Positions 13,401-28,683 of a stretch of 64,000 nt of DNA are shown here, piece after piece. The stretch lies in contig NC_043001.1 of the NCBI RefSeq assembly GCF_006345805.1, positions 5,704,001 to 5,768,000 of the forward strand, read 5' to 3'. Position 1 is the stretch's first letter. Each line of letters starts with the position of its first letter. A program made the translations under genes and the position numbers. This DNA is from Octopus sinensis. Taxonomy: Eukaryota. The notes below the pieces were generated by a model. That model saw nothing but the letters and a program-made list of their open reading frames with translations. It was not told the origin of the DNA and did no database searches.

Positions 13401-13672
13401 AGGCATGTGGTTTAATGGATAAGGTTTTCGACAGCCGATCCTATGTCGTGAGTTCAATTCCCGGCGACGCGTTGTGTCCTTGAGCAAGAAACAACAGTAC
13501 CTGTATTTCAACGGGCAAGCTATCTCAGATTCCCTTTAACACTGAATCTTTCTCAGAATTACGTTAAGAATACACGTGTCTGTGGATTCCTCAGCCACTT
13601 GCACTTAAATTTCACGAGCAGGCTGTTCCATTGATCGGATCAACTGGAAACCTAATTGTTTAATCGACAGAG
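13401..13672 (+). mobile_element. tRNA-headed SINE with CORE/V-like motif, sharing its 3' tail with family C
   Basis: gagttcaattccc B box, gttgtgtccttgagcaag; tail tacacgtgtctgtgga...tttcacgagcaggctg..ccattgatcggatcaac matches 51590-51690. Confidence 0.8.
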
Positions 13673-14214
13673 ACGATGTACCAGTTTATAGTAATTCATA
13701 CATATTCCAAAATGTAAGAACATGTGGATTTTCAGCGATTATTTTCCCTCCCTCTTTTTCCTTTCCTGAGCAGCATACTTATTAATACTTTGCATTACCA
13801 CGTCATCGCATACTTTTTTTACTTGTTGCCCCTTTTCTCTGTTTCTCAGATTAACTATTTACACACACACACACACACACCACACACACACACACACATA
13901 CACACACATAATTAGTCAGAGTGAGGCTATTTAAACCTCATATAGGGATATTTATTCAAGATACACTGGTTTAATATATTAAATTTTGAATAGAAAATAT
14001 TACAATAAATATATCATAAAGAATATCGTAAGACATCTAACATTTTTCTTCAGTAGGAAAGAGAGACATTTAATGAATACAAATTATTTTATTAATTAAT
14101 CAACATATTAACCAAAAATTGCTTCATGAAACAATTGTTGGCTGATATGTTCATTAGTTAATAAATTTTTATCCATTAAATCTCTCTTTTTTTTCTAACT
14201 CAACACACACACAT

Positions 14215-14249
<35 letters not shown>

Positions 14250-14262
14250 CATACATACACTT

Positions 14263-14303
<41 letters not shown>

Positions 14304-15152
14304 TATATATATATAACGCACACATACACACGTAATTATTATATATATGGCCAAATGTTCTCCTTCTTTCGTTCCCCAAAATTAAATATGGATGTGGAAT
14401 TTTAAATCAGTCGTCTTAGCAAAACGTAAAGTTATTCCCAAGTATCAAGAAATTAATGCAATTTGTTACACAAATTTTAGACACAAAACGTTTTAGCGGA
14501 ACATTTCTAAACAGGTCAGGGTCTAATGGTTACGATATAATTTTTGCATGGAAGAATGCATTAGACTTAGAAAAGGAGACACGCAAAATACTATATCAAT
14601 ACGTATCCGTGTGTGTAAGTATGTTTATATATGTGTACGTATATGTATATATCTACTTATATAACGATCTCTCGCTTTCTCACTCTCTCTACCTACATAT
14701 GTGCGTGTGTGTGCGTGTGCGTGAGTGTGTGTGCGTGTGGGTGTGCATGTGTTTGTAGAAATATATTTATATACATAGATAGATTAATAGATAGACGGCT
14801 ATATATAGGTATATATATGTATACATACACATATACATATGTATGCACACACACACACACTCATACACACACACATACTCACACACACACACACACACAC
14901 ACAGACGCATATATATATATATATGTATATATATGCGTAATATCTCTCACTCATTTGTCAATTGCGGTCGAACCGAGAGATCAGACAAATCACATGATCC
15001 ATGTTGACCACGCAAATCTGGTCGAACTCACTGTCTGTTTCTACAGCAGAGAGATAGAATAATCAATGTTTGTACGTATATACGTATATCTTGTACATAT
15101 GCATATATGTGTGTATATATGTATTTTTATACATATACATACATACATGAAC

Positions 15153-15205
<53 letters not shown>

Positions 15206-16949
15206 GCGTGTATGTATACATATATGAATGTTGGTATATTTATATATAGATACACATTTGCATATATCCTGATGTCTGTATCAATATCCTCAGTGACTCG
15301 TTTCAAGCTTATTGCCTTTTCCATAAACATATGTATCTATGACATTATTTGCGTAATTCGTGTTTCTCTTTTATGAATTTGTCTGCAAGTATGTATGCAT
15401 ATATATTCATTTATCAATGTGTAGACGCATATGTGTATATGTGCACGAGTTTGTGTCTGTGAGACCGCACCAAGTAAGAATCAATTACTCATACCACACT
15501 AACCATTGATTTTTCAACCAATTTATTTATATAACAATTTTATATCTACTTAGATGACAACCTGTCTACTTAGATGTAGACATATATTTACAGTTGTCTC
15601 TTTCGTATGGCATTAGTCATTCACAGCGTTAGAGTCATCATCTGATATCTTGTTTTATTATACATATTGCATTTCTACCCTCGATGGTTATTCAATATTT
15701 ATCTCATGCTGACGTTAATACATAAAGACAACGCCGTCGAATTTCCTAACGAAAACCATATATCAACGAGCAGTTCTCTTTGTTTATTTAACCTTGACAA
15801 ACATACACCATTGCAATGATGACAGTCTGTCAAACTGAATACTTATCGGTATTTAATTATATCCGATCTTGATTAAGAATGGGTTGAAGAAGACAAGTAT
15901 TCGAGCATTTGAAATATTCTTCGCAACTCGCAGAATATTCAAGCTCAAAATTCTCCTTGCAACTTTCACTGTTCTTTTCTTTTATATAACAATTTTGCTG
16001 TTAATATGAATTGGGAAACATGTAAAATAGCATTTTAATTCTCAAATATAGTTAAATACGATTTTCTTGTACATTTTTACAGGATTTAAAATAAAATAGA
16101 GTGCAATGATGCGAACGGAATGAAGATGAGCGAACATATAATGTATATTGTGATATTTATTTTGCTGAATGTACCAAGTTTTCAATGTTATAGAGATTAT
16201 GATGTATCCAGGTGAATTTTTATTTCGCACCAACGTATCTTTTATAAATATAATACAGTACCTTGTTGTAATATACGGTGTGATATACGATACAACAAAA
16301 CCAATCAAAGAGAAAATGTAAATAATAGGTCAGGGTATTTTGAATTCCTGATATCTAATTTGACATTTTTTATTTCTTTACTGCAATGAAAGTAAGTAAA
16401 TTTATCGCCATTGGAGAGGATCTCGCCGGTAAAATAAGGGAAGTCTCCATTTTCTTGCACCACTAATAAAAATATCCCGTTCACCAATCGCTATTGTCAA
16501 TTAGCATCTGCGTATATCAAAACTAATGATTTCCAAATGATTAGGCCCTACAGTCGACCCTGTGACATGCTGCTGTGTTTCAAGAATGTCTCATAGAACT
16601 GCACCAAACTGATATTTTCATAATGTCTTCAATTTTCCCTACGTTGTCTGGTCAACTCATTTGTAGAATTCAGGTGCGTGCATTGTAACTCTAGGAACAG
16701 CAAGAATAGAATCACGATGAGAATTCATGGACGAATGTTTACAATGCCAACTCGTTCTCAACAAAACACATCTGACTTACATATAAGCAACTGAACCAAC
16801 ACTAACACCATCAACAATATTAACGAGGAAAAGTTTTTGTTTTTTGCGGACCAAGATGTGTTTTGTATATCTTGAGATTTTCAACAGTCAAATATAATAC
16901 CGAATTATCTCACTCCAGCACATTATTTTGACCTTATGGATCATCACAA

Positions 16950-18600
16950 TGATAACGGTAATGGATTCATCTCCGAACTTGAACTCGTTGTTTGATCTTG
17001 CACACATCCTCTCACTCAAACAGCATCAATGCATCCTGGAATCTATTTGTAGAAATTGATACCAATATATGTTCCCAAAACACTCCACTATGGTCCATAA
17101 GCATAACAAATCTAGGACTCCCATGTAACGTAAAACAAAAATAAAATTGATTAATCGAAAAATCGACCTACTGAAATACAGCCAGCTACACAAAAACAAC
17201 TCGACAGATATAGACTAACTGGAAGCAAAGAAACATTATTCTCAGAACAGCTTGAAAACTGTCAACGATAATGAAAGAAAAGTAGAAAGGTAGCTGGCCA
17301 TTGAGAAAATACAGCTCAAGGCCAAAGTGTCTTTGTCATTCACGAAAAAGAATAATGTCGCCGTTTCCTCTGTGGCAAACCTGATACATGACGATGACAA
17401 TCAGCATAGTGGTGCAGAAGATATGGTTGAGATTCTGCAGAAACAATATTGATCCACTTTCAACAAACCCCCTGACAAACTCCGAGAGCATTGATTCAAC
17501 AAATATACAGCAACCCTATACGAAATATTATTTGACGTCTCGGATATCGCAGCAACTTTTAAACAAATTACAGATAACTCAGCTGCAAAATCTGACAAGT
17601 TTACCGCTAGAATCTTGAAGGAGTGCCGTCACCAACTAGTAATTCCTTTACCTATTCTCTGAAGGAAATCACTGGATGTCAGGTATATTCCTGAAAATTT
17701 GTTTTCATAACCGATTGTCCTAATTTACCAATGGTGCAACAAATCACAAGCAGTGAACTATCAAGTTACCTCACTTGTCATATTATAAAATTATTTTGAG
17801 AGTGTAGTGGTGTCTCGGGGTATCTCACATCCTGGAAAGTAACAACCAACTCATTCCCAACCAACAAGGTTACCGTAACGACAGGAACTGCTTCACACCG
17901 CCCTTGCATCACTATGAAAATGTCCTAAAGCTCTGAGAGAGGGTTCCAATGTAGATGCTACCTATCTTGACATCAGGAAGGCCGTCACCTAGGTTGATCA
18001 CTGCATTCTCTAAAAGAAACTATCGACCAATGTGGACTAAAGGAAAGTATCAAAGTGTATTGGATGTTTTCTGGTAAAGGGAATCAAGCATGTTGTGATC
18101 GATGCTGTTGAAGCCAGAAAACAGTTATCAGTTGTGTCCCACACGACACTGAATTGGGCCTACTCATGTTCTTAGTGACCATTTTCATCAGTGATATCAT
18201 TCGCATACTAAAATGCGACAGCATTGAAACATTCGCGAAAAACTCAGAAGGTTTGCATTTCGTTGATAGGGTAGGACCCATGTCAAAACGGATCTGCTCG
18301 CTGCTATGGAAATGGCGAAAAAATACACTAAGTAGGTAAACGAGAACAAATTTAAACTAATACACTCTTCCCTCAGGTGAAATATTTCTGGCATCAAAGA
18401 ATGCTACGGACCTCAGATTAATTGTTGACAATAAGGTAGGCTGGTTTGTACACATAAACAATTCGATGTGGCTCGCAGGGCATGCACTTAGACTCGAATA
18501 TATTCAAGTCTGTAAACGCTCCTCCTATTAACGTTCTCTTCTCTATTTTCGCCTCTCCTCACATTTAATACTGCCCCCCACAGTAGTCTCCACAGAATAC
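16950..18600 (+). pseudogene. Heavily decayed CR1-group LINE ORF2 (RT region)
   Basis: NSAAKSDKFTARILKECRHQL, AVNYQ, LESNNQLIPNQQGYRN, EGSNVDATYLDIRKA..VDH motifs colinear with 62328-63974; many stops and frameshifts. Confidence 0.88.
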
Positions 18601-19364
18601 AAGATATTAGAAAAGTTTAAGCACCCTATATTTGTATAAGATGACAAATCGATGACATGAGAGTTTCTGATTAATGATATCGCCTCAAGAAACTCAAACA
18701 TTATTGCCCCGAGCACAGCACAACCTCAAAATCATTTGTACGATAGGGAAAATATTCCAACAGCATTGCTCAAAAATGATATTGGCATCAAATTTTAAAT
18801 GTACAAATGGCTTGGTCCGGTGCCATCCGATCTCTTCGCAGGTCGTGCTCACATCACATCACAACTCAGGACTCTTTCACCAGAATTGACACTGTTCTCT
18901 CTAACGAAGAAACATGAGACGACAAACATCACATCACATTCAAACTGTTCCTAGATGGATGTCTAGAACAAACTGCATATAAAACACTTACATCCGGGTA
19001 TATCCTTGAAAATAATAACTTTGTAATTAAATAGGCTCTGGTGTCGAAATAATGACCTTAATATGAACCAAAATATTTTCCAAGTGGCTTTATTACGTTT
19101 GCCAAGGACTGGACTCATTCTCGCCAAACATTATCCAAAGAAAATGGTGTTTTCAACATATTAAGAAAGAATCAGCATAATTATTCTCAAAACTGTATAC
19201 TGAATGCCATAGGAGAATGGAATTGCCCAAGGAATAAACCATTTTAAAATCAAGATGCGCATTAACGAAAATACCTAATTAGCATTAAAACATTTTATAC
19301 TACGAAAAATTAAACTAGCTACAATACCGCTTATTTTAATAGAGTAATATCTGTCATTCATAAA

Positions 19365-20200
19365 TACCATATTGGTTTCAAATTTTGCACAAGGCCAGCA
19401 GTTTCCGTGGATGGGAAAAGTTAATTATTTCGAGCCCAGTGTTCAACTGATGCTTATTTTATAGATTCCAAAAGAATGAAACGCAATGTTGTACTCGGCA
19501 GAATTTGAACTCAGAACATAGAAAGAGAAACCATGCCGCTAAGTTTTAAACCGTTTTTAATATTTCGAAAAAAAAAATCGTTTGTTTTGAAGTTCAGGTT
19601 TCAAATTCTCCAGAGATCGACTTCGCTTTTTATCCTTCCGTATCTGATAAGATGAATACCAGTAGAGCCGTGTTGTTGAAGGAATGGATTTATACCCTCC
19701 CCGCAACGTGTTGGTCTCGAGCCAACATTTCAAACTAACATTTCTAAAAGAACGCTGTGAGCGGCTAGAGTCGGTAGCAATCCAGGCAAAACTCAGGCAT
19801 TATTGCGTCGGGTTTTCGCGGATATATTTTCAAATCCGCCTAGGTGAACATCGATAAACTCAATACCAGCCAAACAATGGAATCGAAGTAAACGAATTAC
19901 ACCATCCCTCGAACTTACTGGCGCTGCGCCAAAATTTAAAACCAATATTTCGAAAAGAAATATTATCATGCCGTACAAAATGCTTACCTGTATTCCGTCT
20001 CGTTTTGAGTATTGTACAAGTCTAACTCCCTTCCGCCAAGTATGCTGGCATTGTGCCAATGTTTGTAAATAACATTTCGAAAACAATCGTTTATACTTAC
20101 GTTCTGAGATCAAATTCGGCTGAGGTTGACTTTGCCTTTCATCTTTGCGGGGACGATGAAAAGAGTAGCGGTTGAGCAGTGGGGTGGATGTAATCGGCTT
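19365..20200. mobile_element. Cluster of old, degenerate SINE family A copies in both orientations
   Basis: Fragments such as ctcggcagaatttgaactcagaac, ttcaaattctccagagatcgacttcgc, gttctgagatcaaattcggctgaggttgactttgcctttcatc. Confidence 0.75.
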
Positions 20201-20580
20201 ACTCTGTCTGTCTCTTCAAGTATTTGCAAATAAATACGTGTTCACCCATAAACAATAATGTTTTCACGGAATTTTGAAACAAATGTTTCATTGTTTATGA
20301 CGCTGAAAGTCACTTACATCCATGTCAAGTGGTATTACCTAATATCTGTTTTATTTACTCAATAACAATAATAGTTGTGCATTTAGAAATGAAGACGTGA
20401 AACTTCCCTTATTCGCAAATAATATTTTTTTTAAATTTAGTATTTTCCTGTTCATCACATCCCCCAAAATGAATTTTGGTTGCACATATGTGATACTGCA
20501 ATAAATAAATAATAGAAGAAACTGTTGTGATTTAAGTTCAATGAAACTTTATCCTGGCTGATATAGTTAGGCGCGTAAAA

Positions 20581-20776
20581 GGCGGCGAGCTGGTAGAAAC
20601 GTTAGCACGCTACGTTCTGAGTTCAGATTCCTCCGAGGTCAACTTTGGCTTTCATCGTTTCGGGGTCGATAAATTAAGTACCAGTTACGTACTGGGGTCG
20701 ATGTAATCGACTGAATCCGTTTGTCTGTCCTTGTTTGTCCCCTCTATGTTTAGTCCCTTGTGGGCAATAAAGAAAT
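20581..20776 (+). mobile_element. SINE family A monomer lacking the anticodon-like hairpin
   Basis: gttagcacg joined directly to ctacgttctgag; body and tail otherwise typical. Confidence 0.92.
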
Positions 20777-20877
20777 AATATTTATGCGCGTAACCCTAAT
20801 CTGAAGGTAAGATATTGAAGAAAATCTCAGAGTGTTGGTCGTGGAACATTTAAAGTTGAGAATAAATCTGTATTGAA

Positions 20878-21320
20878 GTGAAATCTGAAATTATGCAACA
20901 AAAATATGAAACATTTATTTCTGCGTTTGATATCTTTACTATGTTGCATGAAGTTGGACAAGGCCACAAGTGTGAACATAAATCAATATCTAAATACATT
21001 GAATTCTGCATGAGATGCGATTTCATGGTATCATTTAATCTCTCCCCAAGCGATTCAAAGACACCTCAAAATATACAGAGTACTGGCTAAACCATACAAT
21101 TTTCGTTGAGGCAGAACCCAACTGGGAAATGAAATCTGAAACAAAGTTCATATGGCATAGATGTAATTATTCTGCGAAATATAAATGCAAGACTGTCATC
21201 TGCAGACGAATATTAGGAAAATGTAATATTAAATAGAAAACACGATGCTAGAGAAAGTATTTAAAATATCCGATTCTGTCACGGACAATAGGGATAAAAT
21301 GGATTCTAAAGTATGGGTAC
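20878..21320 (+). pseudogene. Possible decayed integrase-like (H2C2 zinc-binding) remnant
   Basis: FDIFTMLHEVGQGH...SISKYIEFCMRCD has H..H...CxxC spacing; weak SVTDNRDKMDSKV downstream. Pattern recall only. Confidence 0.25.
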
Positions 21321-22194
21321 ATTTTTTACTGCAGTATTAATGTATTTGAAAGAAATACTAAAATGTTCTACCAATTCTTGAATAATAAACATTCTCACAT
21401 TCGAAGACGCATTATATAAAATGCCATTTTCATTGGATAAAGAGAGAAAATGAAAATATACATCGCGATAAAATTGAACGTTTCATTAGAATCGTACACA
21501 AACAGGAGAATTCCAAAGATAACGACATAAGTGTGGCCCATCAAAACACAAACATGATTTAAGAAACCAAACAAGGCTTTCTGTCAAATTGAAGCTGAGA
21601 AACATAATGAAATCATTGAATTGTAGCTAAATTACCCGTATCGATAAAGTTTGCAATTTTCTTCCACTACAAGACAGCAGCTTTCGAATTATTGCACTGG
21701 AAAAATATAGTGAGATATGTAAAAGGCTGTAAGGATAGCAAGAGTATAAACCTGAAACACATTATATTTTAAAGACAGAGGGCTGTGATGACTACAAAGA
21801 ATGAAGTAATTATGTAGGGATGGAGGCTTTTGTAGGTGATAATATCATATCTTATATCCAGAGACTGAATGCATTTTGTAATAGCTTACTGAATGTTAAT
21901 TAAGCTGAACACGAAAAGTAATGCTATAATACATAGCCGAAATATCAGAGACAATGTGTCAAATGGAAATCAATATCAGGATTTATCGGGTTAACAGAAA
22001 AGAAGGGAGATTAAATAAAACTTTTTCCCCGATATTTCATGAATGCATGGTATTCCCAACATCGTTTCTGTCAATGTTTGAGGTAAAAAGAAAAACAATA
22101 ATAATTCTTTAGACGACTACATGCTATATACCTACGTATATACATTCATGCTTACACATAGATACATATATACATCCATGTGTGTGTGCGTGTG

Positions 22195-22226
<32 letters not shown>

Positions 22227-22686
22227 ATATATGTATAGAGAGAGAGAGAGAGAGAGAGAGAGTGTGTGTGTGTGTGTGTGAGTGTGAGACAGACAGACAG
22301 AGAAAGATAGGGAGAGAGAAAGATATAAGGATAACATATCCAGGCAGGTATCGTAGTAACTCTCTGGTATATTCCAAGTTACGACTAATCGCATCAAGTA
22401 GTACCAAGCGTCATTGATTACTGAGTCATAGGACTCCCTTTGTAATTCTTCGGATGAGTAACTCTGGGTTCACTTCTCCTGGGTATGAAGAATATCAAGA
22501 GTGTACATTCCAAACAATTATAAAGAATTTGGAGACAGATATCACCTCAAGTTTTTTTTTTGCTTTAATTCTACATTTGGTCACACAGCCCAATTATTTG
22601 GTAACAAACAACTCTGTGTGTGTGGGAGGGGGTGTAATCACTTGCTGTTGAAGAATTCTTTCACTTTGTATTTATCCCTTTCTCCC

Positions 22687-22720
22687 TTCCAACGAAGTGC
22701 TCTGCTCGAAACGTCGACGA
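22687..22720 (+). ncRNA. Degenerate hammerhead remnant
   Basis: CCAACGA-a-gtgc-tct-gctc-GAA-ACGT-C; core has two substitutions relative to CTGACGA. Confidence 0.45.
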
Positions 22721-22845
22721 ACTCTGTTCACCGAGCGTCAAGCAATTACATTTCTTGTGCATATTCTCTTGTTGTCCGTTAAATTTACTCCATCATTTGC
22801 ATTGACTCTTTGTATGCATTGATTCTCTCTCTCTTCCTTTCTTTT

Positions 22846-22889
<44 letters not shown>

Positions 22890-23042
22890 TCTGTTTGAAA
22901 CATCATGGCTATGAAGAATATTTTATCTCAGACATTTCCATATATCCATTCCTTCTGAGTGGCGTGTTCATATTTAGTAAAATATGCAGAGGGTGATTTA
23001 AAATTCCTATGTTTGTGTTATGTATACCGAATAATAACCACC

Positions 23043-23074
<32 letters not shown>

Positions 23075-23169
23075 CAACAACAAACATCAGGCAGTGGTGC
23101 ACATCGATGTTGATATTGAATGATTTGAAGTGTTATATACATTGTCTTGGTATAATAGAAGGCCTACAG

Positions 23170-24169
23170 TAAATATTCTGCTCAAAACCTCAGATTCTTT
23201 AACTTTAAACAGTTCAGCATGTCCGTAGTGGCTGACAATATGTGCATCTTTGATCAGGAGCAGAAGTAGTGGTGGAACATCATAGCCGTGTATTGAGAAT
23301 ATTCTTGGGGATTCGAATAATTCACCTGCGGAAACATGGGTGTTTCGTTGAACGTTTTTGAACAACCCTTATTCAAGGACATTTTGTGCGGAATTGGCTA
23401 CTCAACACGAAGAAAAAATGCTAGCTAGGCCCCCGCCTGCAATGTTATGCGCTGCTTATCTTGATATTAGATCAGCATGATTCGCGCATATCGTTATGAT
23501 GCATGTGCCTGGTCTACTCTTATGAGACGGGTAGGCATGATGTATTTACTGAGCTTCGTATATTTCACCTCAGTGTCAATTTGATTCCATGCTTTGCTCT
23601 CTCATTCAATAATAATAATAATATTATGATCTTAACCCATTAGAAGTGTTACTATCTACATTCTTCTGTCTTAGTATAAAAACGTTTCATACAAAAAATA
23701 TTCTGCTCAATATCACAGATTTGCTTTGTTGTTGTTTGACCTTAAGCAGTTGAGCATGTCCCTTCTTGTGCATCTCTGATCATGAGCAGACGTATTGGGG
23801 GAGCATCATAGCTCTATGTTGAAAATAATTCTTTGGGGTTTGGCTAATTCTCATTTGGAAACATAGATGTTTTGTTCAACATATTTAAAGAACATTTATT
23901 CAGAGTTCTTTTGACTGGTATGAGCTACTCGCTATGAAGAAAGTCCTAGCTATGCCCCACCTACAAGGTCATGTGATGTTTCCCTTGCTATGCGGTTACT
24001 TAGTCCCGCACGTATGTTTGTGATGCATGTACCTGGTGTACCCTTTTCCTATGGGTAGTCAAGAATGGTTTACTGGGCTTCGTATACTTTATCCCAGTGT
24101 CACGTTGATGGCATGCATTGCACTCTTTCTCTCAATAACAACAACAACAACAACAATAACAATAATAAC

Positions 24170-24220
<51 letters not shown>
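23170..24220 (+). mobile_element. Two tandem diverged ~440-bp elements ending in (AAT)n/(AAC)n tails
   Basis: aatattctgctcaa...gatgcatgt.cctggt...ctg.gcttcgtat...cagtgtca...ctctc..tcaataa at 23170-23612 and 23698-24220. Confidence 0.75.
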
Positions 24221-24221
<1 letters not shown>

Positions 24222-24231
24222 TTAAAAAATA

Positions 24232-24580
24232 ATAATTTCTACTATAGGCTAAGGCCACAAATTTTATGGGCGGGGGTAACGTCGATTGCATCGAACCCAG
24301 TACTCAACTGGTACTTGGTATATCGACCCCGAAGTGATGAAAGGCAATGTCGACCTCGGCAAACATAATAATTTGAAACTTTTGCCACAATGCCAGCTTT
24401 GGGATGTGCTTTAAGCCGATTATATCGACGCCAGTGTGTAACTGGTATTTATTTAATCGGTCATCAATGGATGAAAGGCAGAATCGACCTCGGCGGAATT
24501 TGAACTCTGAATGTAACGACAGACGAAAAACCTCTCAGCATTTTGCTCGGCGTGCTAACGAGTCTGCCAGCTCAACGCTT
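24232..24580 (-). mobile_element. SINE family A copies (alternative-tail fragment plus diverged head-bearing copy)
   Basis: tcgacctcggcggaatttgaactc, cggcgtgctaacgagtctgccagctc. Confidence 0.85.
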
Positions 24581-24609
24581 TAAGGAATAATAATAATAAC
24601 TCTTTAACT

Positions 24610-24755
24610 CTTTTACTTGTTTCAGTCATCTGACTGTGGCCATGCCGCAGCACCGCCTTTAGTCGAGCAAATCGAACCCAAGACTTATTGTTTGTAAATT
24701 CTAGTATTTATTCTATCGGTCTCTTTTGCCGAACCGCTAAGTGACGGGGAGGTAA

Positions 24756-24832
<77 letters not shown>

Positions 24833-24988
24833 TACGACGGTTTTCTTTCAGTTTCCGTCTACCAAATCCACTCACAAGGCTTTCGTCGACTCGAAGCTAT
24901 AGTAGAAGACACTTGCCCAAGGTGCCACTGAACCCGGAACCATGTGGTTCGTTAGGAAGCTACTTACCACACAGCCACTCCTAAGCCT
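24610..24988 (-). mobile_element. SINE family B, near full length
   Basis: Head, gacacttgcccaaggtgcc CORE-like motif, internal CA/TA tract, tail. Confidence 0.92.
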
Positions 24989-25731
24989 ATAATTAACAAT
25001 ACTAATGAAGAGGAGGAGGAGGAGGGGGATGAGGATGATGAGGATGATGATAAAATGTTCGTTTATTACTTTCTTGAAACCTACTCCGACTAGTCTTAAC
25101 TGCATGGAAATAATCGCTATTGTTTGAAAGATTTCATGACTTCCTTTATTGACACGTTCGATGCTCAATTGAATTTATGAATAAATTAATAAAAGTTTTC
25201 TACACAATTCCTTGGCAGAAACAAGTTTATCAGATTAGCTTCCGGTGAATTTACCACTATGACACACATGGCATTAACTTTGCCATCAAACAGAAAGGAA
25301 GGACATTAAGACCAACTGCCAACCAGTTAAGGATGGGTTGTTTCAAGAAGCAAAGCCAGATCTCATTTGTAGGTGTGCCAGTGAGTGTTTTCCACTGAAA
25401 AGCAACCTGTCAGAACTAAAAACACACTTACACATACTGCATTAAACTTGAAAGCAAATGAAGCAGAAATACAACAGAAAATATTTCAACAGAAATTCTG
25501 TTCTCATGTTAGTGTGAGTCTGTGACTCTGTGTGGGTGTGTGTTGGTGTGTGTGAGGCGGTTTTTGTATTGTGTGCCTTTGGTGTAATATAGGCATGTGT
25601 GTATTAGTGTGTGTTTATATATTATACATAATAAAAATATGCTTACGCATTTCAAATTGTGACATTCGATACGCTTTAACACATGAAAATATATGAGCAT
25701 GTATACGCCGTTATATGAGAAAAACACTATA

Positions 25732-25770
<39 letters not shown>

Positions 25771-25787
25771 ACACATATATATACATA

Positions 25788-25828
<41 letters not shown>

Positions 25829-26077
25829 ATGCATTAAAGGCATATATATATGTGTGTGTACGTATGTATATATACATGTATATGTATATATATAAATTTA
25901 CATATATATATGTGTGTGTGTGTGTGTGCGTGTATGAGTGTGTGTGTATGTGTGTGCGTGTGTGTGAATGTGTGTGTATCTCTGTGTGTGTATCTATTAA
26001 AAACTTAATCTTACGCTCCGATTACCTCCCTCTCAATTTATTCTCTCTTTTTTTCTTTTTCTATGCATACATATACA

Positions 26078-26134
<57 letters not shown>

Positions 26135-27051
26135 GTATGTATATATATGTATACATATATATAAAAACAATGACGATTATTTCCATTTAATATATATATA
26201 TGTGTGTGTACATATATGTATGTATGTGTGTGTGTATATATATATATATACATATATCTATATCTATATGTATGTGTATACACTTAGCATTGTCATTTTA
26301 CATGTACATATTTATGTACACAGTGAGAGAGGTGGAGAAAAGCAGATTAATAAATATGATAGAGTAGGTTGTCGAAGCGCTAATGCTATATGAGCCATAC
26401 GCGTAGTATACGCTACACAGAGAAGTGAATGTCAAAAAACAAATGTGTAACTAGGTTGCCAGCAAGATATATCCATCAGAGCACTTCTATGTAAAATTTG
26501 TTCTGAACGGCATTGTATAGCTTTATTTCTTTCATTGTAACCAGTAGATGTATTCAGAATGAAAATTAAATGTAACATAGATATATCTATATATATGAAT
26601 GTTATATACTGATAGAGACATACTTATAGCACAATTCTTGTACTAGTTTTTGCTTTAAATTGTTTAAAGATATGGTATTATGCTCATAGTTGTATATAAG
26701 TACGTAGGTTTTATATATAAGTGTTCTCAAAAGTAGAGAAACAACACTAGTTTCAAGAAAACGTACAACTTACACGTATTTTGCCTTATGTTATTTTCGG
26801 AAGACATATATCTACATGCATATATGTAAGCAAGTTGGTTTAACGCGCACGTGACAGTTTCTGCTTCATTTTAAATCGTGAACATACTTTCTCACATGTT
26901 TGCATCATAATTTGTCTCAGTGTAACTCATGATTTAATCTGGGATAGAGCTGCATGAATATATATATACATACTTACATACATACATATATATATATATA
27001 TATACAAACACACACACACACACACAATATATATATATATATATATATATC

Positions 27052-27082
<31 letters not shown>

Positions 27083-27111
27083 TGTGTGTGTGTGTGTGTG
27101 TTATATACATA

Positions 27112-27165
<54 letters not shown>

Positions 27166-27383
27166 TTTATACATGCGTGTGGCATGTATGTATAATAATG
27201 CCCTCTATATATAAATTAATATGTTCAATAAGAAAGAATTATTTTCGAAATTTTTTCTCTTATGAGGTTTTTCACGCTATCTACCTGATAATTTCTTGTT
27301 AAGATTCCTTATTAAGAATTTGTCCTTAATTGTTAAATAATTATATATATATATATTATATATATATATATATATATTATATA

Positions 27384-27441
<58 letters not shown>

Positions 27442-28598
27442 TTATATTAATTTATAAAAATAGGGTTCAGTAAAATAATTTACTTTACCACACACCGATC
27501 TTTTTAGAAACAGCAGCCAAAAACTTAGCTATTTCTTCTACTGTAAGAAAAATCTCCCAGACAATGCATACTCAGAAATAACTTATACACAGGTATAAGA
27601 GAAAAATAACGAAAAATCACATCTATATAAGATCACCTGAGAACACATATATATATACATGTTTGTATGTATGTGTGACTGTATATATATATATATATAT
27701 ATACATGTTTTTATCTATTGTTGACTGTATATATATACATATATATACACTCACACACACACACACCTTGGCAACTATTTGAGAAATTTACATGGAGTAT
27801 GTTGTAGGCATTTTGAACGTGCAACTCTTGTTGTCCATGTTCTTAGGTGTACGTACACCATGGAAAGAAACTGACACGAGGGCAGCGGTACTAGAATCGA
27901 TCCTCCTCCAATCACATAAAAATTGCCATTGAAGAGACGATAGCCAGAGCTTTGTATAATAATATAAGTATACGCCCCCCACGCACACATTGCTGTATAT
28001 TGAAACAAGAAAGAAATGTTACATAGATGTGGCTCTGTTGTGGTCACAAAATAAAATGATACAAATATGACGGCGAAGTGTATAGACAGACATAAGACCC
28101 TCAAATCGTATATAATTCATTGTAATTAGCTCATATTGTGATATTTCATGCATTAATGTATTTAGCAATATTAGTTGAGTCAGCTGAATATGAACACATA
28201 TTGTATGTATATATTTATGTGTGTATGTATGTATGTATGTATGTATGTATGTATGTATGTATGTATGTATGTATGTATGTATGTATATATTTATGTGTGT
28301 ATATCACGATATCTGCGTATCTTGTATTGTTACATCTGAAAGGAAATGATGCTGCTTACCACGATCGTATAAAAGACGACCTTATCTATTCTGGAAGGAA
28401 AGCAAAAAGTTCAAAGAAACACACTATTTGCTGTTTTTATTTTTGTTCTAGTTATTTACAACATTTTATAATTTATCAATTTTATATTTTTGCATCAATG
28501 ATTTGACATATACACAACTGCATGTAATTTTCTATGCTGACTATTGCATAATTTCATCTATGTATGTGTATCTTTGTGCTCGTGCGTCTCTTTGCATG

Positions 28599-28630
<32 letters not shown>

Positions 28631-28634
28631 CACG

Positions 28635-28683
<49 letters not shown>

